From contig JAUPSS010000001.1 in NCBI GenBank assembly GCA_040285825.1, positions 930,001 to 994,000 of the forward strand: a DNA stretch of 64,000 nt. Direction: 5' to 3'. Source of the DNA: Eukaryota sp. TZLM1-RC. Its lineage: Eukaryota; Protista; Metamonada: BaSk clade. A program made the translations under genes and the position numbers. Below are positions 46,431-57,900 of this stretch, piece by piece (positions within the stretch are counted from its first letter, which is position 1; every line of letters starts with the position of its first letter). The notes under the pieces were generated by a model that was given only the letters and a program-made list of their open reading frames with translations, did no database searches and was not told where the DNA came from.

Positions 46431-46527
46431 ACTGCTTTACAATAAATATACTTTACAAAAACACCAAGATATCCGACCTTTTCCAGAATAACTCTTCAAC
46501 CACTCTTTCCCTTGTCCTCACTAGTTT

Positions 46528-47490
46528 ATGTCTGTTAAGAAGCAGACCAACAATAGTACACTCTTTTTGATCAGCACATTTGGTGTCTATTTCTCATTCC
46601 TTGTTTATGGCATCTTTCAAGAAAAAATCACTAGGAAAACCCAGTATGCAGATGATGAACGCTTTACAAGCTATGTCTTCCTCATTTTTGCCCTGGCCAC
46701 TTCAAACTACTGCTTCTCTCGTCTACTTATATCGTTTCTTCCCAGCATGAAACCTTATAGGTCCATTTCCTATCCTACTCTTCCCTTCCTGAAGATCTCA
46801 CTCTCTTATGTTTCATCTATGTTAGCATCCAATGCAAGTCTACTATGGCTATCGTACCCTACGCAAGTGTTACTCAAATCATGTAAAATTGTGCCTGTGC
46901 TCTTAGCCGGAGTTATTATTCGAAAGCAGCGTTATAGCATTTCTAAATACATTTCGGTGTTACTGGTTACATTTGGCATCTTTTCTTTTATGTTCCGTTC
47001 CTCCTCTTCCGTCTCTTCCTCTCCTCAATGGCCAGGAGTCTTGCTAGGAATTCTCTCTTTGGTTTTAGACGGAGTGACTGGTGCTGGGCAGGATACTGTA
47101 GTCAAGCAGCATAACACACCTGCTTTGGTTTTAATGAACAAGAATAATCTCTTTGGGGCAATTTTTTTATTCATTGTTTCTGTCATTTCTGGCGAGTTAT
47201 TTTCGGCCATTAGTTTTATAATGCGAAATCCAATTTTTATTTGGAATTTCGCTTGGTTTGCCGTTTCTTTTGCTGCAGGACAGTCCTTTGTTTATTTACT
47301 TGTTGCTAATTTCTCTTCTTTAGCTTGTTCAACAGTGACAACTACAAGGAAGTTTTTTACAGTGTTATTATCTGTTTTAATTTTTGGCAATAATTTGTCT
47401 TTTTTCCAATGGGTCTCGGTGTTTATTGTTTTTACGGGAATTCTATGGGAAAAGGGGTGCGGTATTTGGGTGCGAAAAGAAAGGAGTTGA
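46528..47490 (+). CDS. UAA-family nucleotide-sugar transporter (SLC35B1/HUT1-like)
   Basis: YGIFQEKI, SYPTQVLLKSCKIVPV, LDGVTGAGQD, TVTTTRKFFTVLLS; multiple TM helices. Confidence 0.92.
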   Translation: MSVKKQTNNSTLFLISTFGVYFSFLVYGIFQEKITRKTQYADDERFTSYVFLIFALATSNYCFSRLLISFLPSMKPYRSISYPTLPFLKISLSYVSSMLASNASLLWLSYPTQVLLKSCKIVPVLLAGVIIRKQRYSISKYISVLLVTFGIFSFMFRSSSSVSSSPQWPGVLLGILSLVLDGVTGAGQDTVVKQHNTPALVLMNKNNLFGAIFLFIVSVISGELFSAISFIMRNPIFIWNFAWFAVSFAAGQSFVYLLVANFSSLACSTVTTTRKFFTVLLSVLIFGNNLSFFQWVSVFIVFTGILWEKGCGIWVRKERS

Positions 47491-49699
47491 ATAATGAAAA
47501 ATTTGTTAATTTTGTTTATTCAAAACAGTTAGGTCAAATTGTTTAGCCTATTTAGTTTGTTTCAATTATTGTTTTATTCTTTTTTGTGTTGATTTTTATT
47601 TCGGGGTTCTTTTTGGTTTTGTGGATAAAGTTATTTTTTATTTTTGTTTTTTTACTATTTTACTGATACTGTTTGTGAAAAAGCTTCTTTAATGGATTTA
47701 CTAATTTGAGAGAGGCTTTCATCAATGAACTTAGTGTGATTATTAATAACGTCAAATATGGTCAACGTGGAGCACAAACAGAAAGGTTTTAGAAAATTTA
47801 TAGATTTAAATAATTGCTACTTATGGCATTTATAGAAGTGTTTTCTAAATTTTACCTTAGTTGCAGAAAATGGAGGGTATTCAACAGCTCCAACAAGAAC
47901 TTGAAATAGTATCGAATATATTTTGTTTTTACTCTTGAAAAATTCACACTTTTCTACTCTTTCCAGCAGTGTAAGTACCCCTACCATTGGTCAGTCAATA
48001 CATAGTTTGTGTTGAAAGCTAGTGTGTTCATTTTTCATTTTTTGTGAGCCAGAGCTCAAAGACGTCACCTCTGTTCTCAAGGTTATTGTAGAGCAGTAAT
48101 TTTTTGGTAAGATTCTTTCATTCATTATTGCTTATAATGTATTGCTACAGCATTATTATTACAGTATCTTTCCCGTATTAAATAAATCCACATGCTACTT
48201 TACATGATTTGTTTGAATTCACCTGTGATTGCCATTAAAATAACATAGAATACTATTTAACAGAATTCAGGGTTTGAATTCAAGTTTAAAGTCCTTCTTC
48301 TTGCAATTTATTTGTTGAGCATCAAAATTTTGCCCAATTTGGATACTAATCAGCTTTACTATAATTCAGTTGTCTATACATTATAAGTATCAATTTGTTC
48401 TGTAACTATTCAGCAAATGAGTAAAATAGATCGTCTTTGATCATCATCTTTTGTAGATTAATTAATTAAATCAATAAACAAATATTACAAAATTATGCTT
48501 ATAATCAACTATTTGATTCAGAATTTCAATAAATATCCAACTTGAAAAAATCAATATAAATATATTCAACAACGAAATACATATGTTATGAACAACTGAA
48601 GCTTTGTATCCTCAAAGCTTTCATTAGAAAGTCGAGCCCAAGAAACCAAAAAAGTTTCTGTATCGAAAATCAGATTGAATTTAAACAAGGTAATTTTTCA
48701 ATGTCGTAGAGTTACAGGGCATGTACATTAGATAAAAATGAATCTGAAAAATAAAAGTAAATAAAATAAATGAGTGTCGCAAATAAAAAGACTAACTTCA
48801 CAATTTAAGCACCATCTTGTGTCCTCGACAGTCCTTCAACATAAATATTGTTCTTTTCAATGCAACAAATGTAGACTTGAAAGTATTACTACTAATTCAG
48901 CCAACATTGAGATAAAAGAATACAACTATACCATAGACTATCAGTGGTAAACAAATTCAAGTATATTCAAGAAGATTTTTAGATAAATGGTAACTCAACA
49001 GCTTTAGTGGATTCCTCATAGTGTGACGTGGACCAGGGTGGACTACGAACTAGACTGCTCTTGTGAAGAAACAACAGGTTGTTCATCAGGTGATGTCTGA
49101 GGTAATGGATAGGTCGACATTGAAACTGAATGAGTGTCCATAGATTGTTCTGTTTTGGTAGTTGCGGCAGTTGTAGTTAATTGGTTCGTTAACATGGATT
49201 AACCACGGCAAGCTGTGGAATGTACTGTGGATAAGAGAAATGCTATTCTCTTATCAAAGTGTAGTATAAAAAGTTCTGTACAAGTAGAAGGTGTGGAGTT
49301 AATCAGTGCACTATTAGTAAACAATAGTTATCAAAAATGAGTAGAAAAACCGGAAGAACGAGTACACGGGGAGTCCTAAAGCTCGGAAAAGAAGGTCAAT
49401 GAGGGAAATAAGAACCTACTTTATGAAGTGAGGGGAAAGTGTGGAATAGTGAAAACCTCCCAAAACCAAGTTGAGGGTTGAAAATCTCCAAAAACAGGCA
49501 ACAAGAAGTCGGAAATGGGGTGACAAGTGTAAAATTTGATCGATGAGCTGTTGATTCTCACTACATGTCAGACACCCCCTCTGTATTACGTGTATTCACT
49601 CGGTCTTGTGCATTTAACTTGCTGCTTACCCCTGAAGCGGTGCAACAAATTCGGACTGGCCTTCCTGTGGTCACCGAGATTTGTTATGAAGCTTTTTTA

Positions 49700-51816
49700 T
49701 TGCTTTAATCTTTTCTTCTGAATTTCCCGTTAGTATCAAGAGCTTTAATGGAACAGGATGCATTGTATCTTTTTATGACCGTCATCACCACTGGTTTTTT
49801 CCAAAGCCATCCACCTCTAAAGGCCAACGCCAATTACTCCATATCTTTTACAATGGATTTCTTCCTAAATGCTTACAAAACAGGTCTCTTGTTTCTTCAT
49901 GGGAAAATTCTTTGGTGCCTTGTAGAAATTTATTCAATCTTTTTCTCAATGCTTGGATGCAGTTTCAGAAATGTAATTTTATAAATAAAAAAGGGCTTTC
50001 TCCTTACCTTGCTTGTCGGGCTCGTCAATTGACGTCTAAAGGGAAGACAAATTTACCTAAAATTTGTCAATCCTGGACAAAAACTTTATTCGTGCTCATT
50101 GTAGAGCTCTAGATAAAACCAATGTTTGTACCAATTATCTTATCTCTCTTGCCAGATGAACCCTTGGCTTTAACCCGAAGTGGTAGTTGTTGATTCTGTT
50201 CTCCAACACTACATCAATGTTAATCAGAATAATTCAAGAGAAATATTTTTTTTATTTAATGTATGCAAGTTTATCTTGGATCTCCTTCAAAGATTTCCTA
50301 CCACTGCCTCCCTACTGGCGTCACATGATAAAATCAGTTTTTCATCAAAGAAAATTGGCGAGCTTTTTCTCTTTAATCTTAAAATTTTACAATACTTGCT
50401 CACTTTCTTTTCTCTTATGCATTGTTGAAAAAAATTGAGAATAATACCTTTAGCTTCTCATAAAGGTTCTAATTTTCATGAGGTATCTTCACACGTTTTC
50501 CACTGTGTAATTTCCATTTATTGAAGCATCATCTTGCAAAACATAGTTGATCAAAAATACATGTCTGAAACGAATATTTAAACAATGTCCTTACCAAAAA
50601 TTCAATATCAACAGAAAAAGTTTGAAAAATAGATTTAAAGAATTTTTATTGAAAACTAATGGTAATGGACTGCTTTTGACCTTTGAAAATAAAAATAATG
50701 ACTCAAAAAGCACAAATGAGCTGGATGAATCACCGAAAAAGAAACGAAGATTGAAAAAAAATGAAAAGTCACTTTGATGCCAACGAAACCAGAGAACCAC
50801 AGATGAAGGGACTGAAAAATGCCCCGTCGAAACGTAGACATCCAGTCGAAATTTTACCTGAAAGGTACCTTATTGTCGTTGATCTGGGCCAATCTAGATT
50901 ATGTAATTACTTCTTAAATGATTATCAATGTGGAGTTATCCCTTGTCCAACTGGCAGAAGATACATGACAAAACCTTCACCCACGAAACACTCTCACAGC
51001 CAATATTCCGTTCAAAATTTCAACCAATATTTGAACCATTGGAATTTGGTCAGGAGGAAAGTGTATTTGGAAAGTAATAAATGGAAAATGATTAAATTTG
51101 ATAACCGCAGACGAAAAGAAAGACGGTTGCGAGCGAGTCTCAACAAATTTCAAAGGCTCTCAGGACATCCTGAAAAACTCTACCTAGCTGTGGGTTCTAT
51201 TAATTTCCCTTCTCATTGCCGAAAAACCAATCGATATGAATCTGATAGGGCTTTTAGAAATTGGTTGTGTTATCAAAAGGACGTGAAGCACTTGTTAACC
51301 AGTGAATTTAATATAAGCAAACTGTCCAATTGTTGCATGACCGAGAATATTCAAGCAAGCTCATGGCAAATGCGTATTTGTACTAAGTGTCAAATAGTAT
51401 ATGGCAGAGAAATTTCCGCTGTCGAAATTATTCATATTGAGAAGAAAGCGGAATTGTGGCCGGAAAGATACACTTGCCCAGAAGCTCTGTTGAGGAGATG
51501 AATGGGGAACCCGAACATACAGAAACAAAAACTTTTGAAAAACTGATATTTTATTTTGAGTTTCTTATTTTATTTTTAATTTTATTTTGAAAAATTTTTT
51601 GAGACCCATCTACAAATAGCTGAGTAGCATTTTGAGTAGATCCACTTAGATACATCAAGTCGCAAGGCTTTGTTCTGTGAAGGTATTTAAGTGAAGTAGC
51701 CCATTGATGAAGATAGTGTTTGTCTTTGCCAAATGATGTTAAATGTCTCCTACAGCCTGTGAGTAGATATTGAGAAAGTTGGAAACAGGAGTGAACTTCA
51801 CAGCGGAATGTATGAT
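49700..51816 (+). mobile_element. Fanzor family B element: decayed 5' region, RuvC ORF 50761-51501, conserved 3' region
   Basis: IVVDLGQ (RuvC-I), KFDNRRRKER, LAVGS, SEFNISKLSNCC (RuvC-II), CTKC, YGREISA (RuvC-III Asp replaced by Glu here; DRD in the 45.3-kb copy). Left boundary uncertain. Confidence 0.78.
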
Positions 51817-51836
51817 GACTTATAATGACAACTGTG
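51502..51836 (+). ncRNA. Candidate omega-RNA, copy 2 (scaffold to 51816, then putative guide)
   Basis: Same stems as 45420-45677; carries an extra ~63-bp AT-rich segment near 51539-51601. Confidence 0.55.
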
Positions 51837-51903
51837 TATAAATGTTGATGAATGGCTAAATTTCTTAATTATTTACAACTTCACATAACGCACAAACCTT
51901 TCA

Positions 51904-54900
51904 ATGCTCCAGTTTCGACGTACAGCCCCTTCTGGACATCCGTCTAGTCTGGGTGTTGTGCAGGTCTCCACACCATCCTTGTCACCTACTAAATCTCAAC
52001 GCCTAAAAAGTCCCAACAAAACCAATCGCAACCTCTACGCTCGCCACATGACATTTGGTGCTAGTAAACTTTTTGCTGCATTTCAAGATTCTAGAATCCG
52101 AGTCTTCGATCCTCATACCGCATCTCTACTTGATACAATCTCTCTCGGTAAGGCTATCCCCACTGCAATGACATCCATTCAGTCCTTACCTCATGAAACT
52201 ATATGGGTGGGTACCAATCAAACCAACCTTCTCGTTTACAATGCTGGTGATTTTGACCTCCTCTTCCAACCCTCCATCACCACCGGCTCTACATTTGCCA
52301 TTTCTGAACTCCCCCAAGGCGTCATTGTAGTTACCTCAGAGGGTCACGTCAAGCTTTATGATAAACATTGCTGTCAGCTTCTTTCTACCTTATCAGCCAC
52401 TATACATTCTCCTAAAGGTATCACTGGTTTTGGTAGGTGTGTCTATTTTTGTTTTAATAATAATATTTGCGGATTTTACTTGGATGATTCATATTTTGAT
52501 TTCATTAAATTTTTTAATGAAATTGTTCAAGACTCTTGTCCTCACACTCTAGCTTTTGCCACGTGGCGCCAAGTAATCACCACGTCCGATGACGTCAGCA
52601 CGCCTAGAGGTTGTCCCAGTGGATTATTATTTGCGGGCTTGGAAAATGGGTTAATAAGGTGCTTTAATGCTATAACTGGTGAGTTATTGACCACACTGAA
52701 AGGACATTTTGCAGCTATTAGTTGTATTAAAGTGGATGGAATGATGATGTTATCAGGTGATTTGGAAGGAAATTTAATTGTTTGGGACTTGTCAACTTTG
52801 AAATTTTTGAGAGGGGATCAAGAAGGTATCAATGTTATTGAAAGTGAAATAATTAAGAAACATGAAGGAAGAATTACTGATATTTGTTTTATTGAAGATT
52901 TAATTTGGGTTTCTTCCACAGATCAAACTTTAAGCACTTGGTCTAGCGATCAGTTATCCGTTGGTAAGGGTCAAAATGTAGCTCAAAACTCTGAGAATTA
53001 CTTTGACTTTTACGTACATTCATTTCTAAATGATGGCAGTACAGAACCAAATACTCCTATATCCAAGACCCCTTATCCAGAAGTTATTGTAGATTCACCT
53101 CTATTCGCAACTGAATTCTATACACCTCCAGTTAATGAGCGGAATATTGACACGTCGCCACGTGTCTGTGATGGGGATGGGGTGATTTCACGTGATAGAG
53201 ATGACACGTCGCCACGTGTCTGTGATGGGGATGTTGCTAAATATAAAAGGTTGTTGAAGCAAAAGCTAGCAATTATAAAATCTTTAGAAACAGAGTTGAC
53301 TCAAACCAGAAATACCTTATCGAGGTTTGAACAAATTAACCATCCTGAATCCCCAAACCGAAACAATCAAACTCTCAAATCATTTTTAATTGATTGCCTC
53401 GGATTAGCCCCATCAGCTAGCATTATAGACATTATGGATAGTATTTCTGACCTGAACTCACGGTATAAGGAATCAATACCATCTGAAGTACTTGCCTCCA
53501 AAGCCAGGGACTTGCTTGGAGTGTCCTCCATTGATGCTATATTAGAGGCTCTGGAACGTACAGTTTATGAAAGTTCTCTTTTGAGCAGCACTAATACTGA
53601 ATTAGAGGCCAGAGTAAGAGTCTATCAATCTCAGAATAATTCACTTGAATCTGCTTTAGAAGTAACAAAAGCAAGATTAGTGGAAAGTAATTCGAAATTT
53701 TTGGATGTCAATGATGAGTTTGAGGCGTTGAAAGAGGATCATGACGAGATCAAAAGGGCGTATGACGAGTTGTCACGAAATTTTGAAGATGTTGTCAAAG
53801 AAAATGAAGAGCTCAAAGGTCGGGTTGGTGAAAATTTGGATGATTTTACGAAGTACAAGGACGTCCTTGCCGAATCTGCAAATTTAGTTCAGAGTTTGTC
53901 AAACGAAATCGATTGTCTCAAAAATGAAAATGCAACTTTACTTCACGAAGCCCAAGTTTTTAAGAATTCAATTGCTGACTACAAGTCTGTTATTAACAAT
54001 TACGAAGAAACTATTCAAAGCGCAACTTGTGAGCTATCAACACTCAATCAAACCACGTGTCGCGTCAGTAGAGATCAGGTGACAAGTGGGGATCAGGTGA
54101 AAAGTGGGGATCATTTAAATGAAGTTATATTAAATTTGAAGGAAAATATTGTAAAAAGTTGTGCAGAATCTAGTGGTCTCAAAGAGCTAACTTCTACTTT
54201 ACAGGCTAAGTTAAATGAGCAAGATTTGGTAATTGAACAGTTAAACCAAGAAGTCAGTAATTCGGCGCAACAGAATATTGAAATTTCCAATGATTTATCC
54301 CGTGAAAAAGAAATTTCTGCACAGTTGAGAGAGTATGTTGGTGAATTGGAAGGTTTGAAGCATGAGTTGGAATCAAATATTTCGACAGTACGTGATGAAC
54401 TGACAGTAGAGCTCACTGAATGTTCTGAAAAACTGGTAGTCGCGCAGGAAATTTTGGATGACAACGAGACACAAATCAATCATTTGCATACAGAACTCAA
54501 CCTCAAAAACACCTTAATTTCCAAGTTAGAAAAGGACAGAGATTCAGTCAAGAAGAATCTTGAGGACCTTCAGCAACAATATGACCTATTGAAGGAGCAT
54601 CTTGGTGGGGAAATTGATGACCTAAAAGATGAACTACAAGGAGTTTTGGAATTAACTACAGATTTGGAAAGTGATAATTTTAAGCTGGAAAGTAAATGTA
54701 ATTATTTTAGTAGTAGAATTGATGATTTAATCAAGGAAAAAGATTTTGTTTTTATTAATAATATTAAACTTTCAAGTGATAAGGAACAATTAATTGCTGA
54801 GTTTATTAGGGAAAAAAGTTCATTTGTGCTTGAAATTGAGGGATTGAAGAGTTCAAATTCACACTTACAAGATCAATTAACTACCAAAAATTCATTAATT

Positions 54901-57900
54901 AATTCTTTGGAACAACAAGTTAACTCATTGGAAAATTTCAAAGGAGAGGTCAATGAAATATTTTTTGAAAATTTGGATGGAAAAACGGATGTTGATCTTG
55001 AAAATTCCAACCCCACTGTCAAAATTTCGTCACTATTTTCCAAAAATTCACAATTATTTACAGAATTAAATGAAGTCAAATCAGAATTAGGAACGTATAT
55101 TGATGATTTTGGTCAATTACAGTTGGAAAATTCTGAATTAATTAACATTAATCAAATTCAAAGCGCTGAAAATCAAGAATTATTGTCCAAAATTACTGAA
55201 TTGAAATCTAATTTAACTGAAAATTCTTCCAAATTAGAAGTTATTTCAATAGAAAATGCAGAATTCTGTCAAAAAATCAATGAATTACAAGATCAATTAA
55301 CTACCAAAAATTCATTAATTAATTCTTTGGAACAACAAGTTAACTCATTGGAAAATTTCAAAGGAGAGGTCAATGAAATATTTTTTGAAAATTTGGATGG
55401 AAAAACGGATGTTGATCTTGAAAATTCCAACCCCACTGTCAAAATTTCGTCACTATTTTCCAAAAATTCACAATTATTTACAGAATTAAATGAAGTCAAA
55501 TCAGAATTAGGAACGTATATTGATGATTTTGGTCAATTACAGTTGGAAAATTCTAAATTAATTAACATTAATCAAATTCAAAGCGCTGAAAATCAAGAAT
55601 TATTGTCCAAAATTAGTGAATTGAAGTCTAATTTAACTGAAAATTCTTCCAAATTAGAAGTTATTTCAATAGAAAATGCAGAATTCTGTCAAAAAATTAA
55701 TGAATTACAAGATCAATTAACTACCAAAAATTCATTAATTAATTCTTTGGAACAACAAGTTAACTCATTGGAAAATTTCAAAGGAGAGGTCAATGAAATA
55801 TTTGTTGAAAATTTGGATGGGAAAACGGATGTTGATCTTGAAAATTCCAACCCCACTGTCAAAATTTCGTCACTATTTTCCAAAAATTCACAATTATTTA
55901 CAGAATTAAATGAAGTCAAATCAGAATTAGGAACGTATATTGATGATTTTGGTCAATTACAGTTGGAAAATTCTGAATTAATTAACATTAATCAAATTCA
56001 AAGCGCTGAAAATCAAGAATTATTGTCCAAAATTACTGAATTGAAATCTAATTTAACTGAAAATTCTTCCAAATTAGAAGTTATTTCAATAGAAAATGCA
56101 GAATTCTGTCAAAAAATTAATGAATTACAAGATCAATTAACTACCAAAAATTCATTAATTAATTCTTTGGAACAACAAGTTAACTCATTGGAAAATTTCA
56201 AAGGAGAGGTCAATGAAATATTTGTTGAAAATTTGGATGGGAAAACGGATGTTGGTCTTGAAAATTCCAACCCCACTGTCAAAATTTCGTCACTATTTTC
56301 CAAAAATTCACAATTATTTACAGAATTAAATGAAGTCAAATCAGAATTAGGAACGTATATTGATGATTTTGGTCAATTACAGTTGGAAAATTCTAAATTA
56401 ATTAACATTAATCAAATTCAAAGCGCTGAAAATCAAGAATTATTGTCCAAAATTAGTGAATTGAAATCTAATTTAACTGAAAATTCTTCCAAATTAGAAG
56501 TTATTTCAATAGAAAATGCAGAATTCTGTCAAAAAAATCAATGAATTACAAGATCAATTAACTACCAAAAATTCATTAATTAATTCTTTGGAACAACAAG
56601 TTAACTCATTGGAAAATTTCAAAGGAGAGGTCAATGAAATATTTTTTGAAAATTTGGATGGAAAAACGGATGTTGATCTTGAAAATTCCAACCCCACTGT
56701 CAAAATTTCGTCACTATTTTCCAAAAATTCAGAATTATTTACAGAATTAAATGAAGTCAAATCAGAATTAGGAACGTGTATTGATGATTTTGGTCAATTA
56801 CAGTTGGAAAATTCTGAATTAATTAACATTAATCAAATTCAAAGCGCTGAAAATCAAGAATTATTGTCCAAAATTAGTGAATTAAAGTCTAATTTAACTG
56901 AAAATTCTTCCAAATTAGAAGTTATTTCAATAGAAAATGCAGAATTCTGTCAAAAAATCAATGAATTACAAGATCAATTAACTACCAAAAATTCATTAAT
57001 TAATTCTTTGGAACAACAAGTTAACTCATTGGAAAATTTCAAAGGAGAGGTCAATGAAATATTTGTTGAAAATTTGGATGGAAAAACGGATGTTGATCTT
57101 GAAAATTCCAACCCTACTGTCAAAATTTCGTCACTATTTTCCAAAAATTCAGAATTATTTACAGAATTAAATGAAGTCAAATCAGAATTAGGAACGTATA
57201 TTGATGATTTTGGTCAATTACAGTTGGAAAATTCTGAATTAATTAACATTAATCAAATTCAAAGCGCTGAAAATCAAGAATTATTGTCCAAAATTAGTGA
57301 ATTGAAGTCTAATTTAACTGAAAATTCTTCCAAATTAGAAGTTATTTCAATAGAAAATGCAGAATTCTGTCAAAAAATTAATGAATTACAAGATCAATTA
57401 ACTACCAAAAATTCATTAATTAATTCTTTGGAACAACAAGTTAACTCATTGGAAAATTTCAAGGGAGAGGTCAATGAAATATTTGTTGAAAATTTGGATG
57501 GAAAAACGGATGTTGATCTTGAAAATTCCAACCCTACTGTCAAAATTTCGTCACTATTTTCCAAAAATTCAGAATTATTTACAGAATTAAATGAAGTCAA
57601 ATCAGAATTAGGAACGTATATTGATGATTTTGGTCAATTACAGTTGGAAAATTCTGAATTAATTAACATTAATCAAATTCAAAGCGCTGAAAATCAAGAA
57701 TTATTGTCCAAAATTAGTGAATTGAAGTCTAATTTAACTGAAAATTCTTCCAAATTAGAAGTTATTTCAATAGAAAATGCAGAATTCTGTCAAAAAAATC
57801 AATGAATTACAAGATCAATTAACTACCAAAAATTCATTAATTAATTCTTTGGAACAACAAGTTAACTCATTGGAAAATTTCAAAGGAGAGGTCAATGAAA

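Noticed and set aside
53149-53233. Duplicated 31-bp hairpin-forming sequence GACACGTcgccACGTGTC
   Set aside because: In-frame local duplication (DTSPRVCDGD twice) in a low-complexity linker; no evidence of a separate function.
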